Shown here one piece after another: positions 1 to 7,744 of a DNA stretch of 13,750 nucleotides. This stretch comes from a virus, in the UHGV virus genome UHGV-0152983; one strand, written 5' to 3'. A program made the position numbers and the translations under genes. The notes under the pieces are model-generated. The model was not told the DNA's origin. It saw only the letters and a program-made list of their open reading frames with translations, and searched no databases. Position 1 is the first letter of the stretch; each line of letters starts with the position of its first letter.

Positions 1-473
1 CCAACAACCTTTGCAAAGTTTCCAATCAAAATTCCGCTGGCCTCGCCAACGCGATCGGCAAACTCAACTTTAGGTGCTGCGAGAGCAAGCTGTTTCTCCA
101 GTTCAGCCTTCTGGTCTTCAAGGTCGGCCGCAAGGCGCAATGCCTCAGAAAAGGTTTGTGGTATTTTCGCGGTTGCCCCTTCGAGTTCTCGCCAACGGTC
201 AACAAGACGAGCGGTGAATTCCGGCGACAACTGAGCGACGACAATAATGCTGTCTCGCTTACCTTGTTCGCCTTCGAATATATACACGCTTGTGAATTTG
301 TTAGGGCTAATTGTTTGTTTATTTTCAACTTTTTGCATTGGAGGAAGTTGAATCACCCCACGCTTTGCCAGACGTTCTATTGATATTCTGACATTACCGT
401 GTTGGCTTCCCACCAACTCAGCGATTTCAATGCTTGTCATTTTGATGACGTTGCTATTTATCAGCTCATTCAT
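1..473 (-). CDS. Phage antirepressor, Rha-like N-terminus plus KilAC (Ant)-like region; partial, C-terminus lies beyond the window start
   Basis: My own minus-strand translation (not in the ORF track because there is no in-window stop): MTMNELINSNVIKMTSIEIAELVGSQHGNVRISIERLAKRGVIQ...IPQTFSEALRLAADLEDQKAELEKQLALAAPKVEFADRV. The N-terminus resembles Rha-family regulators and the later part resembles the KilAC antirepressor domain. Candidate ATGs at 479, 473 and 440; 473 has the best spacing to a GAGAGG Shine-Dalgarno. Confidence 0.65.
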   Translation of the reverse strand, partial: MNELINSNVIKMTSIEIAELVGSQHGNVRISIERLAKRGVIQLPPMQKVENKQTISPNKFTSVYIFEGEQGKRDSIIVVAQLSPEFTARLVDRWRELEGATAKIPQTFSEALRLAADLEDQKAELEKQLALAAPKVEFADRVGEASGILIGNFAKVV

Positions 474-503
474 TGTCATGTCCTCTCATATTGAAAATTC
501 AGC

Positions 504-530
504 AATAAAAAACCCAGCCGAAGCTGGGTT
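504..530 (-). terminator. Rho-independent terminator between the Roi-like gene and the antirepressor gene
   Basis: Stem AACCCAGC / GCTGGGTT (511-518 / 523-530) with CGAA loop; on the minus strand it is followed by a TTTT run (complement of 507-510), directly after the stop of the 548..1234 CDS. Confidence 0.6.
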
Positions 531-547
531 TGTTAAGTTGTCAATTG

Positions 548-1234
548 TCAGTAGCGATGCAGTGAAGGCGGCAACTCTTTGTTCTTAAGCCTTTCCCATG
601 CCAGAAGGTTCGTCGGCCCGTCAGGCTCATAAATATCTATATCCCGCGTGTGATTAATTAAAACGCCCCTCGCCCTCCCGATGATATACGAGAACTCATA
701 GCCGTAGTCGTGGCATATGCCGGAATAGCCAGACTGAATCAGTTTTAATGCGGGATACAACTCACGGAACAATGCCTGTGAGCGGTTGGCATAATCCCAC
801 AGCCATACAAGGCTGTCTGTTTCTTTTGCGGAAAGCCCGTTGGGCTTCTTCTCTTGTTTGCCAGTATTTTTCTCGCACTGGCTGAAATAGCAGTCTTCCA
901 GCCGTTCGAACACATCCCACGCTTGGTTAGTTTCAAGCATTTTAGCGTGACGTGCAGCCCCGCGTTCTGTCCAGAGGATGAGAGAGCGAGTTTTGGGGGA
1001 AATTTGTACCTCATTTTGTGACTCGTTTAAAACTAGTCGCAAATTTTTGAGTTCATCACCAACAGCTTTAAAGAAGTGCTTCCCCTCAATGAACCGAGTT
1101 TTATTTTCATGGTGATTTTGCTGTATACGGATTGCTTCTGTTCCATAAAGGCGGGCGAGTAGCTCAGTTGTGATTACTGGAATCTGATTATGCAGGATAG
1201 GCTGTAGGGTGTTAACGGTCGGAAGCGTTTTCAT
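548..1234 (-). CDS. Roi/ORF6N-like DNA-binding protein (antirepressor-like), 228 aa
   Basis: ORF in track. N-terminal segment [45 protein letters not shown] fits the ORF6N-type motif seen in Roi-like proteins of lambdoid nin regions. Start overlaps the upstream ORF stop (ATGA at 1231-1234). Confidence 0.55.
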   Translation of the reverse strand: MKTLPTVNTLQPILHNQIPVITTELLARLYGTEAIRIQQNHHENKTRFIEGKHFFKAVGDELKNLRLVLNESQNEVQISPKTRSLILWTERGAARHAKMLETNQAWDVFERLEDCYFSQCEKNTGKQEKKPNGLSAKETDSLVWLWDYANRSQALFRELYPALKLIQSGYSGICHDYGYEFSYIIGRARGVLINHTRDIDIYEPDGPTNLLAWERLKNKELPPSLHRY

Positions 1235-1422
1235 TTTGCACCTCCCATAACTACTTTGGTTACGAGGGAGATTTTTGCGTCAGAAACAGCGTTATCGTTG
1301 CTGGCGATGCGCATAGCTTCGCGCTCGATTATTTCAGCCAGGCGGAGTTTATCGGCGTATGAGGCTTTCTTGAGAAGGATCTTTACGAGATTGACGTAAT
1401 AGTCATGGGGTAAGTTTGTCAT
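1231..1422 (-). CDS. Small hypothetical phage protein, 63 aa, translationally coupled to the downstream Roi-like gene
   Basis: ORF in track; AAGGGA Shine-Dalgarno upstream of the ATG; stop overlaps the next start. Confidence 0.5.
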   Translation of the reverse strand: MTNLPHDYYVNLVKILLKKASYADKLRLAEIIEREAMRIASNDNAVSDAKISLVTKVVMGGAK

Positions 1423-1585
1423 GGTGATAGTTCCCTTAAAGGTTAAGGATACTCACCACCGTCTGGTTCCAATCATTGGGTGGTGAGACGTACAGGGTTG
1501 GAACTACCGGTCACCATGGAATCCGGCGAGTCTTACGACTCCCCCGCACGCCCCACCATAATTTGGGTGTAGCAGTGCTTTACGC

Positions 1586-1610
1586 ATAAAAAAACCGCTA
1601 ACGCGGTATG
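1586..1610 (-). terminator. Candidate rho-independent terminator downstream of ninE (tR-like)
   Basis: Minus-strand reading: ACCGC-GTTA-GCGGT hairpin followed by seven T (complement of the A-run 1588-1594). The stem is short (5 bp), so this is tentative. Confidence 0.4.
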
Positions 1611-1697
1611 CGCCATGATGATTATCGGGGTTCCAATCCCGACGCCAGATTTTGCTGGCGTGTGAGGAATATAGCCCCGAATAAATCATCACGTCAA

Positions 1698-1880
1698 TCA
1701 CCTTGTTTTCCTCGCACGATGTCTTAGCCACCGGATATCCCACAGGTGAGCCGTGTAATTGAAGGTTTTTACGTCAGATTCTTTTGGGGTTGGCTTGGGT
1801 TTATTTCTGGAGCGTTTCGTTGGAAGGTATTTGCAGTTTTCGCAGATGATGTCGGTGAAACTTCGTCGCTGTCGCCTCAT
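1698..1880 (-). CDS. ninE: NinE-like protein, 60 aa
   Basis: Internal Met of track ORF 1698..1907: [60 protein letters not shown], which matches my recollection of lambda NinE. The ATG overlaps the ninB stop (ATGA). Confidence 0.75.
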   Translation of the reverse strand: MRRQRRSFTDIICENCKYLPTKRSRNKPKPTPKESDVKTFNYTAHLWDIRWLRHRARKTR

Positions 1881-2323
1881 GCCTCCCTCCCTGTTCGTTG
1901 TGACCATTCATACTCTCGCCGGGAGTCATCACTCCACCGCACGTTGCGCTCTGAGCCGAACCAAAACATGATTTCGATAAGCTCAGTCATGCTGGCCTTT
2001 CGCATTTTGCTGGTACGCACGCCAAGCATGACAACGCCACCGTCGATACCAGGCACACTTCGTTGCTCCAGTTTTTTGGTCTTAAGCCACAGGGCAGTGA
2101 ACAGGTCTTTCCAGTCTTCCGGCGCCAGCCGTTGACCATGCCATAGCACCTGACGCGAAACATCGTTCAGCATCGGCCACATACGGTCATTCTGCGCTTT
2201 GCTACGCTTGGGTTCTTTAACGTGGACTTCGTGGGGTGACTTGTCGTCGATGGGAAGTGAGAGTATTGCGTCTATGGCGTTATTTCTGATTGCTTCGTTG
2301 CGAAGCATGTATATTTGCTTCAT
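1877..2323 (-). CDS. ninB: NinB (Orf-family recombination protein), 148 aa
   Basis: ORF in track; the segment [37 protein letters not shown] and the length match lambda NinB. Confidence 0.8.
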   Translation of the reverse strand: MKQIYMLRNEAIRNNAIDAILSLPIDDKSPHEVHVKEPKRSKAQNDRMWPMLNDVSRQVLWHGQRLAPEDWKDLFTALWLKTKKLEQRSVPGIDGGVVMLGVRTSKMRKASMTELIEIMFWFGSERNVRWSDDSRREYEWSQRTGREA

Positions 2324-2330
2324 CGTTACC

Positions 2331-2537
2331 TCAACTCACAAAACGCCACGCCACTTTTGCTACGACAACAGGCATAACACCGATAATCACCCACAGGAAA
2401 ATGCTACCGAAAAGCACACCAACCAGGTCTTTACCTTCGCCTACCAACCGGACAAAACAGCCAGCAACTACAATGAACGTCGCCACCATCCACAGAGCAC
2501 CGAGAAGCCTCAATGCAGAGAAAATCAACTCAACCAC
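2331..2537 (-). CDS. Small hydrophobic (probably two-helix membrane) protein, 68 aa
   Basis: ORF in track; almost entirely hydrophobic sequence with two apolar stretches; apparent GTG start preceded by GGGGGAGAG. Confidence 0.45.
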   Translation of the reverse strand: MVELIFSALRLLGALWMVATFIVVAGCFVRLVGEGKDLVGVLFGSIFLWVIIGVMPVVVAKVAWRFVS

Positions 2538-2560
2538 GATTTACTCTCCCCCAAATAAAA

Positions 2561-2596
2561 AGGCCTGCGATTACCAGCAGGCCTTTATCTTTTTTT
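2561..2596. terminator. Bidirectional hairpin terminator immediately after the HNH gene
   Basis: AGGCCTGC (2561-2568) / GCAGGCCT (2577-2584) stem with 8-nt loop; T-rich tracts flank it on both strands (ttatcttttttt on +, TTTTATTT on -). Confidence 0.6.
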
Positions 2597-3196
2597 AACA
2601 CGCTTTCGAGTCCTTTTAGATTTTTCCTTAAGATATTCCGCAAGTTTATCCTCATCATTATTAAATTGAGATAAAAGCTCATGCTCGCAATTAAGTGCTT
2701 TACTCGCATAAGTTCCATATAGTTTCTTTCTTGCTAGTGCTGCTATGAATGCTGCATCTTCTTTGCTATCGAAATACCCTAACGATATTGTCTTATTTTT
2801 ATAACCAACATAAGACTTCCACCTGCCAGTTGTCTTATCCCAAGACACTCCAATCGCACCGGATGTGTTTAACCTATTACCTACAATGTTTCTTGCATTC
2901 TGCTCCTCTGTTGCCAGTCTTAGATTTGAAATCCTATTGTCAAGTCTGTTCCCATTTACATGATCAATAAACTTAGGAGGCCATTTTTTGTATACATAGA
3001 ACCAAGCAAGCCTATGCGCATAATACAAAACATTATTTATGCTAATGCATATATAACCACCACTAACACCTCCAGCAATACTACCTTTTACTCTTACTAC
3101 TGAATTTGTTTTTAGCCATTTAAATATTCCTGTTTCTGAGTCATATGATAATGTTGACAGAAGCTCATCGTGATCAATTGGTTTTTTTATTCGCAT
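2585..3196 (-). CDS. HNH endonuclease with AP2-type DNA-binding domain (free-standing homing-endonuclease-like), 203 aa
   Basis: ORF in track; HNH motif IDHVNGNRLDNRISNLRLATEEQNARN; AP2-like segment GVSWDKTTGRWKSYVGYKNKTISLGYFDSKEDAA; gene and flanks are conspicuously AT-rich compared with neighbours. Confidence 0.8.
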   Translation of the reverse strand: MRIKKPIDHDELLSTLSYDSETGIFKWLKTNSVVRVKGSIAGGVSGGYICISINNVLYYAHRLAWFYVYKKWPPKFIDHVNGNRLDNRISNLRLATEEQNARNIVGNRLNTSGAIGVSWDKTTGRWKSYVGYKNKTISLGYFDSKEDAAFIAALARKKLYGTYASKALNCEHELLSQFNNDEDKLAEYLKEKSKRTRKRVKKR

Positions 3197-3278
3197 AAAG
3201 AATATACTTAATAATATATACAGTAAGAACCATTAGTAACGATAACCCTGCTATTAGCTCAGTGATGTAGATGGTCAT

Positions 3279-5159
3279 TTAATACTCCGTCACGTTTTCC
3301 TGTCGCCACGCCTCGTCATATTCCGATTTCGGCATATTGGCGATGTAGCTATATGGCGATCCTGATTCAAGTTGCAGGAACTGGTGCGATTGCTCGTCAA
3401 GGAACAACGGGACACCACCTTCCCAACCTTCGCCGTTACGTTGTTTTTCAAGCATCAAAACAGATGCAGGAGACGCCAGTAGCTGTTCGTCCTTCTCTGA
3501 CATCTTTTCACCACTCTGAACTCTCTGTAACGCTCTCTCGCGAGCCTTGTTACGCCAGATGATGAAAAGGTTGTCTGTCAGGTCTGTTATCGCTCCAGAG
3601 CCTTTTACGTCCATTTTCCCGGTTGGTTTTTCTTCGCTGTCTCCTTTTCGCGAGTGAGTAACGAGAATGACGTGGGAGTTTGTTTTGTTTTTGAAGTCGC
3701 AAATCGAGTCAACAAACGCCTTCTGCCCGTTATAGTCATCGTCGCCTATGCCACATTTCATCAGGCTGTCGATGATGAATAACTGGATCCCGTATCGGCG
3801 GCGAGCGTAGTCGAATATTTCGATCAGCCTGTCGGCTTTCGCCGTTCCGGTCAGGCCAAACACCCAAAGTCTTTCGTCATAAAATTTAAATGCAGAGTCA
3901 ATTTCCAGCACTGGCGGCATCTTGCAGCACGTCGCCTGACGGGTAAGGCGCTTAAGGAGAATACCAGGCTTCAGCTCAAGTGACGCGATGCACGTCTTCA
4001 CACCCTGACGCATTGCCTCAAGTGCCATATGCCCGACAACCTCCGTTTTTCCGTGACCGTTCACCCCATTGACCAGCGTCAACTCTGCCTCACGGAACTG
4101 GAATTTATCTGCCAGAGATTCCCACGGTGGATTAAACAGATACTGCTGCTTGCCGTAGAAAGCGTTGATAGTGTCCTGGTAAAACTCTCGCGCGCTGTAG
4201 AGTTCTTCAGGATCGAAGTAGGATGCCGTGCCGATGTACTGCCAGATTTCATCCTCGGTAACACCGTTCATCAGGCATTCGTTGATGTCTTTGTACGGCA
4301 GAGTAACAAGACGGCAACGATGTTCACCGAGTCGGCTTGCGATTTCCCTTGCGGCTTCACGACCAACATCATCAACGTCCATCGAGATGAATATTTCCTC
4401 AAACCTGTCGAGGTTGTGATACTCAAACTCAATCCACTGTTGCTTAGCGCCTTTCCCGCCACCAAACGGCACGGATAACGCCGAGATGCCGTATTGCGCA
4501 TAGCTCATACAATCAATTTCGCCTTCGCAAAGCACAACCGCCCTCACGCCAGCGTCCAGAGCCTGCCATCCGAACAGGCAAGGTTCGCAATCACCTTCTG
4601 CCATAATGACTTTCTTCCCGTCCGGGCGCTCAGTGCTGATTCGCTTGACCTGCAACAACTCACCATCGCGTTTGTACGGAATCACCAGAGCATCCAGTTC
4701 CCGCTCTCCATTCCACACCTTGCCGCTGACAACCTCGTAGCGCTTTACGATTTCTGGCGATATGCCACGCGATTGCAGGTACTCAAGATGGGATTCTGTT
4801 CTGGTAACGTAGCGGGCGATTTTCTTGCGATCAGGTCTGGAGAATTTCTTCTCACGTCTGGCATCGAAATGGTGATCGTCATCCTTGATACCGAGAAATG
4901 CTTTCGCTTCCTGCATAGCCTGATGCAGGTTAATTCCACGACATGCCATCCACAAATCAAGCATGTCACCGCCGTCTCCCTCAGCGAAATCAGCCCATTT
5001 TTTCTTGCCGCTAAGGTTGACCTTAAGGCTGTTTCCCTTGTCACCGTTGACGTTACCGGCAACCCACTCATGCCCCTCTTTCTTGCCGTTTGGCAACAGG
5101 TGTGGAGCCACCCTGTCAACCTGCGCCCAAAGCAGGTAGCTAAGTTCACTTGGAGTCAT
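3279..5159 (-). CDS. Bifunctional DNA primase/helicase (toprim domain plus DnaB-like RecA-fold ATPase), 626 aa
   Basis: ORF in track; toprim-like acidic motifs (VVLCEGEIDCMS, FISMDVDDVGREAA); Walker A GVNGHGKTE and Walker B LFIIDSLMK; GAGGG Shine-Dalgarno 5 nt upstream of the ATG. Confidence 0.85.
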   Translation of the reverse strand: MTPSELSYLLWAQVDRVAPHLLPNGKKEGHEWVAGNVNGDKGNSLKVNLSGKKKWADFAEGDGGDMLDLWMACRGINLHQAMQEAKAFLGIKDDDHHFDARREKKFSRPDRKKIARYVTRTESHLEYLQSRGISPEIVKRYEVVSGKVWNGERELDALVIPYKRDGELLQVKRISTERPDGKKVIMAEGDCEPCLFGWQALDAGVRAVVLCEGEIDCMSYAQYGISALSVPFGGGKGAKQQWIEFEYHNLDRFEEIFISMDVDDVGREAAREIASRLGEHRCRLVTLPYKDINECLMNGVTEDEIWQYIGTASYFDPEELYSAREFYQDTINAFYGKQQYLFNPPWESLADKFQFREAELTLVNGVNGHGKTEVVGHMALEAMRQGVKTCIASLELKPGILLKRLTRQATCCKMPPVLEIDSAFKFYDERLWVFGLTGTAKADRLIEIFDYARRRYGIQLFIIDSLMKCGIGDDDYNGQKAFVDSICDFKNKTNSHVILVTHSRKGDSEEKPTGKMDVKGSGAITDLTDNLFIIWRNKARERALQRVQSGEKMSEKDEQLLASPASVLMLEKQRNGEGWEGGVPLFLDEQSHQFLQLESGSPYSYIANMPKSEYDEAWRQENVTEY

Positions 5160-5266
5160 GATTCCCTCAGATTGAGATTTTTAAACCAGAAATCGACAAA
5201 CGAAATACTTAACCAGCCGTGGTTATAACCAGCGACCAGTAACGATTTGATTTTTGATTTCATGGT

Positions 5267-6043
5267 TCACCTGTCGAAAAACACGTAGCCAGTTTTCGAT
5301 ACGGTGATTGCGGATGATGGTTTGGATTGTGGTTGAATAGTTTCTGGCTTCTCGTCGTTCCAGCGTTGACCGTTCAGGTAGCTCGATGGTAACAACCTGT
5401 CGAATCCGAACTGCTTACCATTCCTGCATGCGATGTCTTCTGCCAGCATCGTGGCAAACTCGCTTGCCGTACCCCTGGTAGTTTTACGCCATTCCCTGAA
5501 CTGTGTTCTGAATGCTGAAGCTGCGTTTTTCTTCCCGGCTTTCCGCATGCCTGCACACCAGAATATTTCCTCGAATGCCTTGTCGGTTTCTTCGTGACGG
5601 TCAGGAGTTTTTTCACACTCTGTTCGGACATGTTCGAACATAATGTTTTTAGGTTCATTGACTGGTTCAAAAGAGTGATAGGTTCTGGGGGCAGCTCCTG
5701 CCCCACCCCCTAGGGCAGCTCCTGCCCCACCCCGGGCAGCTCCTGCCCCACCTGATTCTGGCTGGATTTGTTGTGCATTATCCAGCGTCAGATAAAAAAC
5801 GTTTGACTGGTTAAGCTCTCCTTTTCTTCTGAATTCCCTTTTCAAAAGCCCCATCTCTTCCAGTGCCCTAATGTGACTTTTTACTGTCGATCTGCTCACC
5901 TCACACTGGTCAGCGACATGTTGATATGAAGGCCAGCATTCGCCATTATCATTGGCGTTATCGGCAAGTTTAATCAGAACCAGTTTTCTCAGTGGGTTGC
6001 CAACCTTTATATTCATGGCCTTAGCCATAAGATTCATGCTCAT
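5267..6043 (-). CDS. Replication initiation protein (O-like role) with N-terminal winged-HTH, 258 aa
   Basis: ORF in track; N-terminus NPLRKLVLIKLADNANDNGECWPSYQHVADQCEVSRSTVKSHIRALEEMGLLKR is the HTH type found in phage/plasmid replication initiators; sits directly upstream of the primase-helicase; contains the internal iteron array. Confidence 0.7.
   Translation of the reverse strand: MSMNLMAKAMNIKVGNPLRKLVLIKLADNANDNGECWPSYQHVADQCEVSRSTVKSHIRALEEMGLLKREFRRKGELNQSNVFYLTLDNAQQIQPESGGAGAARGGAGAALGGGAGAAPRTYHSFEPVNEPKNIMFEHVRTECEKTPDRHEETDKAFEEIFWCAGMRKAGKKNAASAFRTQFREWRKTTRGTASEFATMLAEDIACRNGKQFGFDRLLPSSYLNGQRWNDEKPETIQPQSKPSSAITVSKTGYVFFDR
5687..5756. repeat. Three tandem iteron-like direct repeats (GGGCAGCTCCTGCCCCACC), each with internal dyad GGGCAG/CTGCCC; candidate replication origin inside the initiator gene
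   Basis: Copies at 5689-5707, 5713-5731 and 5734-5752; they encode a Gly/Ala-rich linker (GGAGAARGGAGAALGGGAGAA) in the initiator. Same 10-mer TTGACTGGTT flanks the array at 5658-5667 and 5803-5812. Confidence 0.55.
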
Positions 6044-6183
6044 TTTGACTTCTCCGAAGTTTTGTACCTGTTAAGTATTTCTCTCAGTGGCACAGCTATT
6101 GCTGGATTAACCCCCTGATAAAACTGGTCACGTAGCACATCTTTTCGGTGATTAACGCGTTTATTTTCCTGCGTTTTTCGCAT
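6040..6183 (-). CDS. Small basic ORF, 47 aa, between cII and the initiator
   Basis: Internal Met of track ORF 6040..6351 (the upstream part overlaps cII in another frame); GAGG Shine-Dalgarno 7 nt upstream; stop overlaps the initiator ATG (ATGA). Confidence 0.4.
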   Translation of the reverse strand: MRKTQENKRVNHRKDVLRDQFYQGVNPAIAVPLREILNRYKTSEKSK

Positions 6184-6205
6184 ATAATTACCTCGCTGGA
6201 TGTTG

Positions 6206-6505
6206 TTAAAATTCCATCTGGATTTGTTCAGAACGCTCGGTCTTGCACACCGGGCGTTTTTTATTGGTGAGTCCATCAAGCGCATACTTAAAAGCCCTGC
6301 TAATCGGACTGATGTCTGATGCCATTCCGAAAGCACACAAGACCGAAGCAATAAATCTCCAGTCCGTTCTGCTTATCTTCGATTCATGACAGCCAATCAT
6401 CTTTGCCAGACCGCGCTGGGTAATCGCTGACAGGTTGATGAGTAAATCTGTTTCTGCGCGATCAACGTCGCGCTGTGATAGTTTGCTGTAACTTGTTCTT
6501 TCCAT
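6206..6505 (-). CDS. cII: CII transcriptional activator, 99 aa, lambda-like C-terminus with divergent N-terminal and central region
   Basis: ORF in track; C-terminus LTNKKRPVCKTERSEQIQMEF matches my recollection of lambda CII (TNKKRPAATERSEQIQMEF); position immediately downstream of cro and nutR. Confidence 0.8.
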   Translation of the reverse strand: MERTSYSKLSQRDVDRAETDLLINLSAITQRGLAKMIGCHESKISRTDWRFIASVLCAFGMASDISPISRAFKYALDGLTNKKRPVCKTERSEQIQMEF

Positions 6506-6515
6506 TTCTTAAGAT
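6483..6515 (+). promoter_or_regulatory. Candidate PRE-like CII-activated promoter overlapping the cII start codon
   Basis: TTGC-N6-TTGT (6483-6496), then 13 nt, then TAAGAT (6510-6515); this has the same geometry as lambda PRE (TTGC-N6-TTGC, 13 nt, AAGTAT), it faces cI, and it overlaps the cII ATG (6503-6505). Confidence 0.35.
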
Positions 6516-6590
6516 TTCCAATAGTGAATAGTTAGTTGACTGGTATGCGTGGAAACGCATATGGCCTGAGTTGGTCAGATATCTTGGGGC

Positions 6591-6636
6591 TCGCTTTTCA
6601 GCGACGTAGGACGAATGTCCGTTGTTACAAAGAGCG
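6591..6636 (-). promoter_or_regulatory. nutR-like site (boxA plus boxB hairpin)
   Basis: Minus-strand reading: boxA-like CGCTCTTTGTAACAAC (complement of 6621-6636), then boxB-like hairpin TCGCTGAAAAGCGA (6591-6604); located just downstream of the cro stop. Confidence 0.55.
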
Positions 6637-6643
6637 GGGTTAC

Positions 6644-6853
<210 letters not shown>

Positions 6854-6868
6854 TTAGTACATACAGTC

Positions 6869-6938
6869 ATTATCACCGCCAGAGGTAAAATAGTCAACAT
6901 CTGCGGTGTTAGATATTTATCCCCTGCGGTGATAGATT
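6869..6938. promoter_or_regulatory. OR operator region with divergent PR (towards cro) and PRM (towards cI)
   Basis: OR1 TATCACCGCCAGAGGTA 6871-6887; OR2 CAACATCTGCGGTGTTA 6895-6911; OR3 TATCCCCTGCGGTGATA 6918-6934. PR on minus strand: -35 TTGACT (complement of 6892-6897), 17-nt spacer, -10 GATAAT (complement of 6869-6874). PRM on plus strand: -35 TAGATA 6910-6915, -10 TAGATT 6933-6938; the cI ATG at 6945 gives a near-leaderless transcript as in lambda. Confidence 0.85.
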
Positions 6939-6941
6939 TAA

Positions 6942-7658
<717 letters not shown>

Positions 7659-7744
7659 CACGAAATAAACGTCCGACAAGCACAGCAGCCAATACCTAAA
7701 AACAATATTTTGCCGAATATTCAGTTCGTTATAAAGGTTAAGCA

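Noticed and set aside
26-383. Track ORFs 26..328 (-) and 156..383 (+)
   Set aside because: They lie within the antirepressor coding region but in other frames or on the other strand; the minus-strand frame starting near 473 gives a coherent Rha/KilAC-like protein, so these are shadow ORFs.
1504-1743. 79-aa minus-strand ORF
   Set aside because: Overlaps the 3' end of ninE in another frame, spans the candidate terminator hairpin, has an odd composition and no convincing Shine-Dalgarno; more likely non-coding structured spacer.
1746-2598. Plus-strand ORFs 1746..2135, 1759..1971, 2199..2558 and 2290..2598
   Set aside because: Antisense to ninE, ninB and the small membrane protein gene, which have homology or Shine-Dalgarno support; no independent support.
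3353-5228. ORFs internal or antisense to the primase-helicase gene (including the 244-aa ORF 4494..5228 + and 4745..5149 -)
   Set aside because: The 626-aa minus-strand frame carries toprim and Walker motifs; the others are frame shadows of a long gene.
5374-5706. 110-aa minus-strand ORF inside the initiator gene
   Set aside because: Alternative frame of the initiator CDS without homology or a translation signal.
5687-5756. Possible CRISPR array, given the regular short direct repeats
   Set aside because: Only three copies, about 2-5 bp of spacer, and embedded in-frame in a coding sequence; consistent with iterons or a protein linker repeat, not CRISPR.
6040-6351. Full 103-aa track ORF
   Set aside because: Its upstream two-thirds overlaps cII in another frame; only the portion from the internal ATG at 6183 is plausible.
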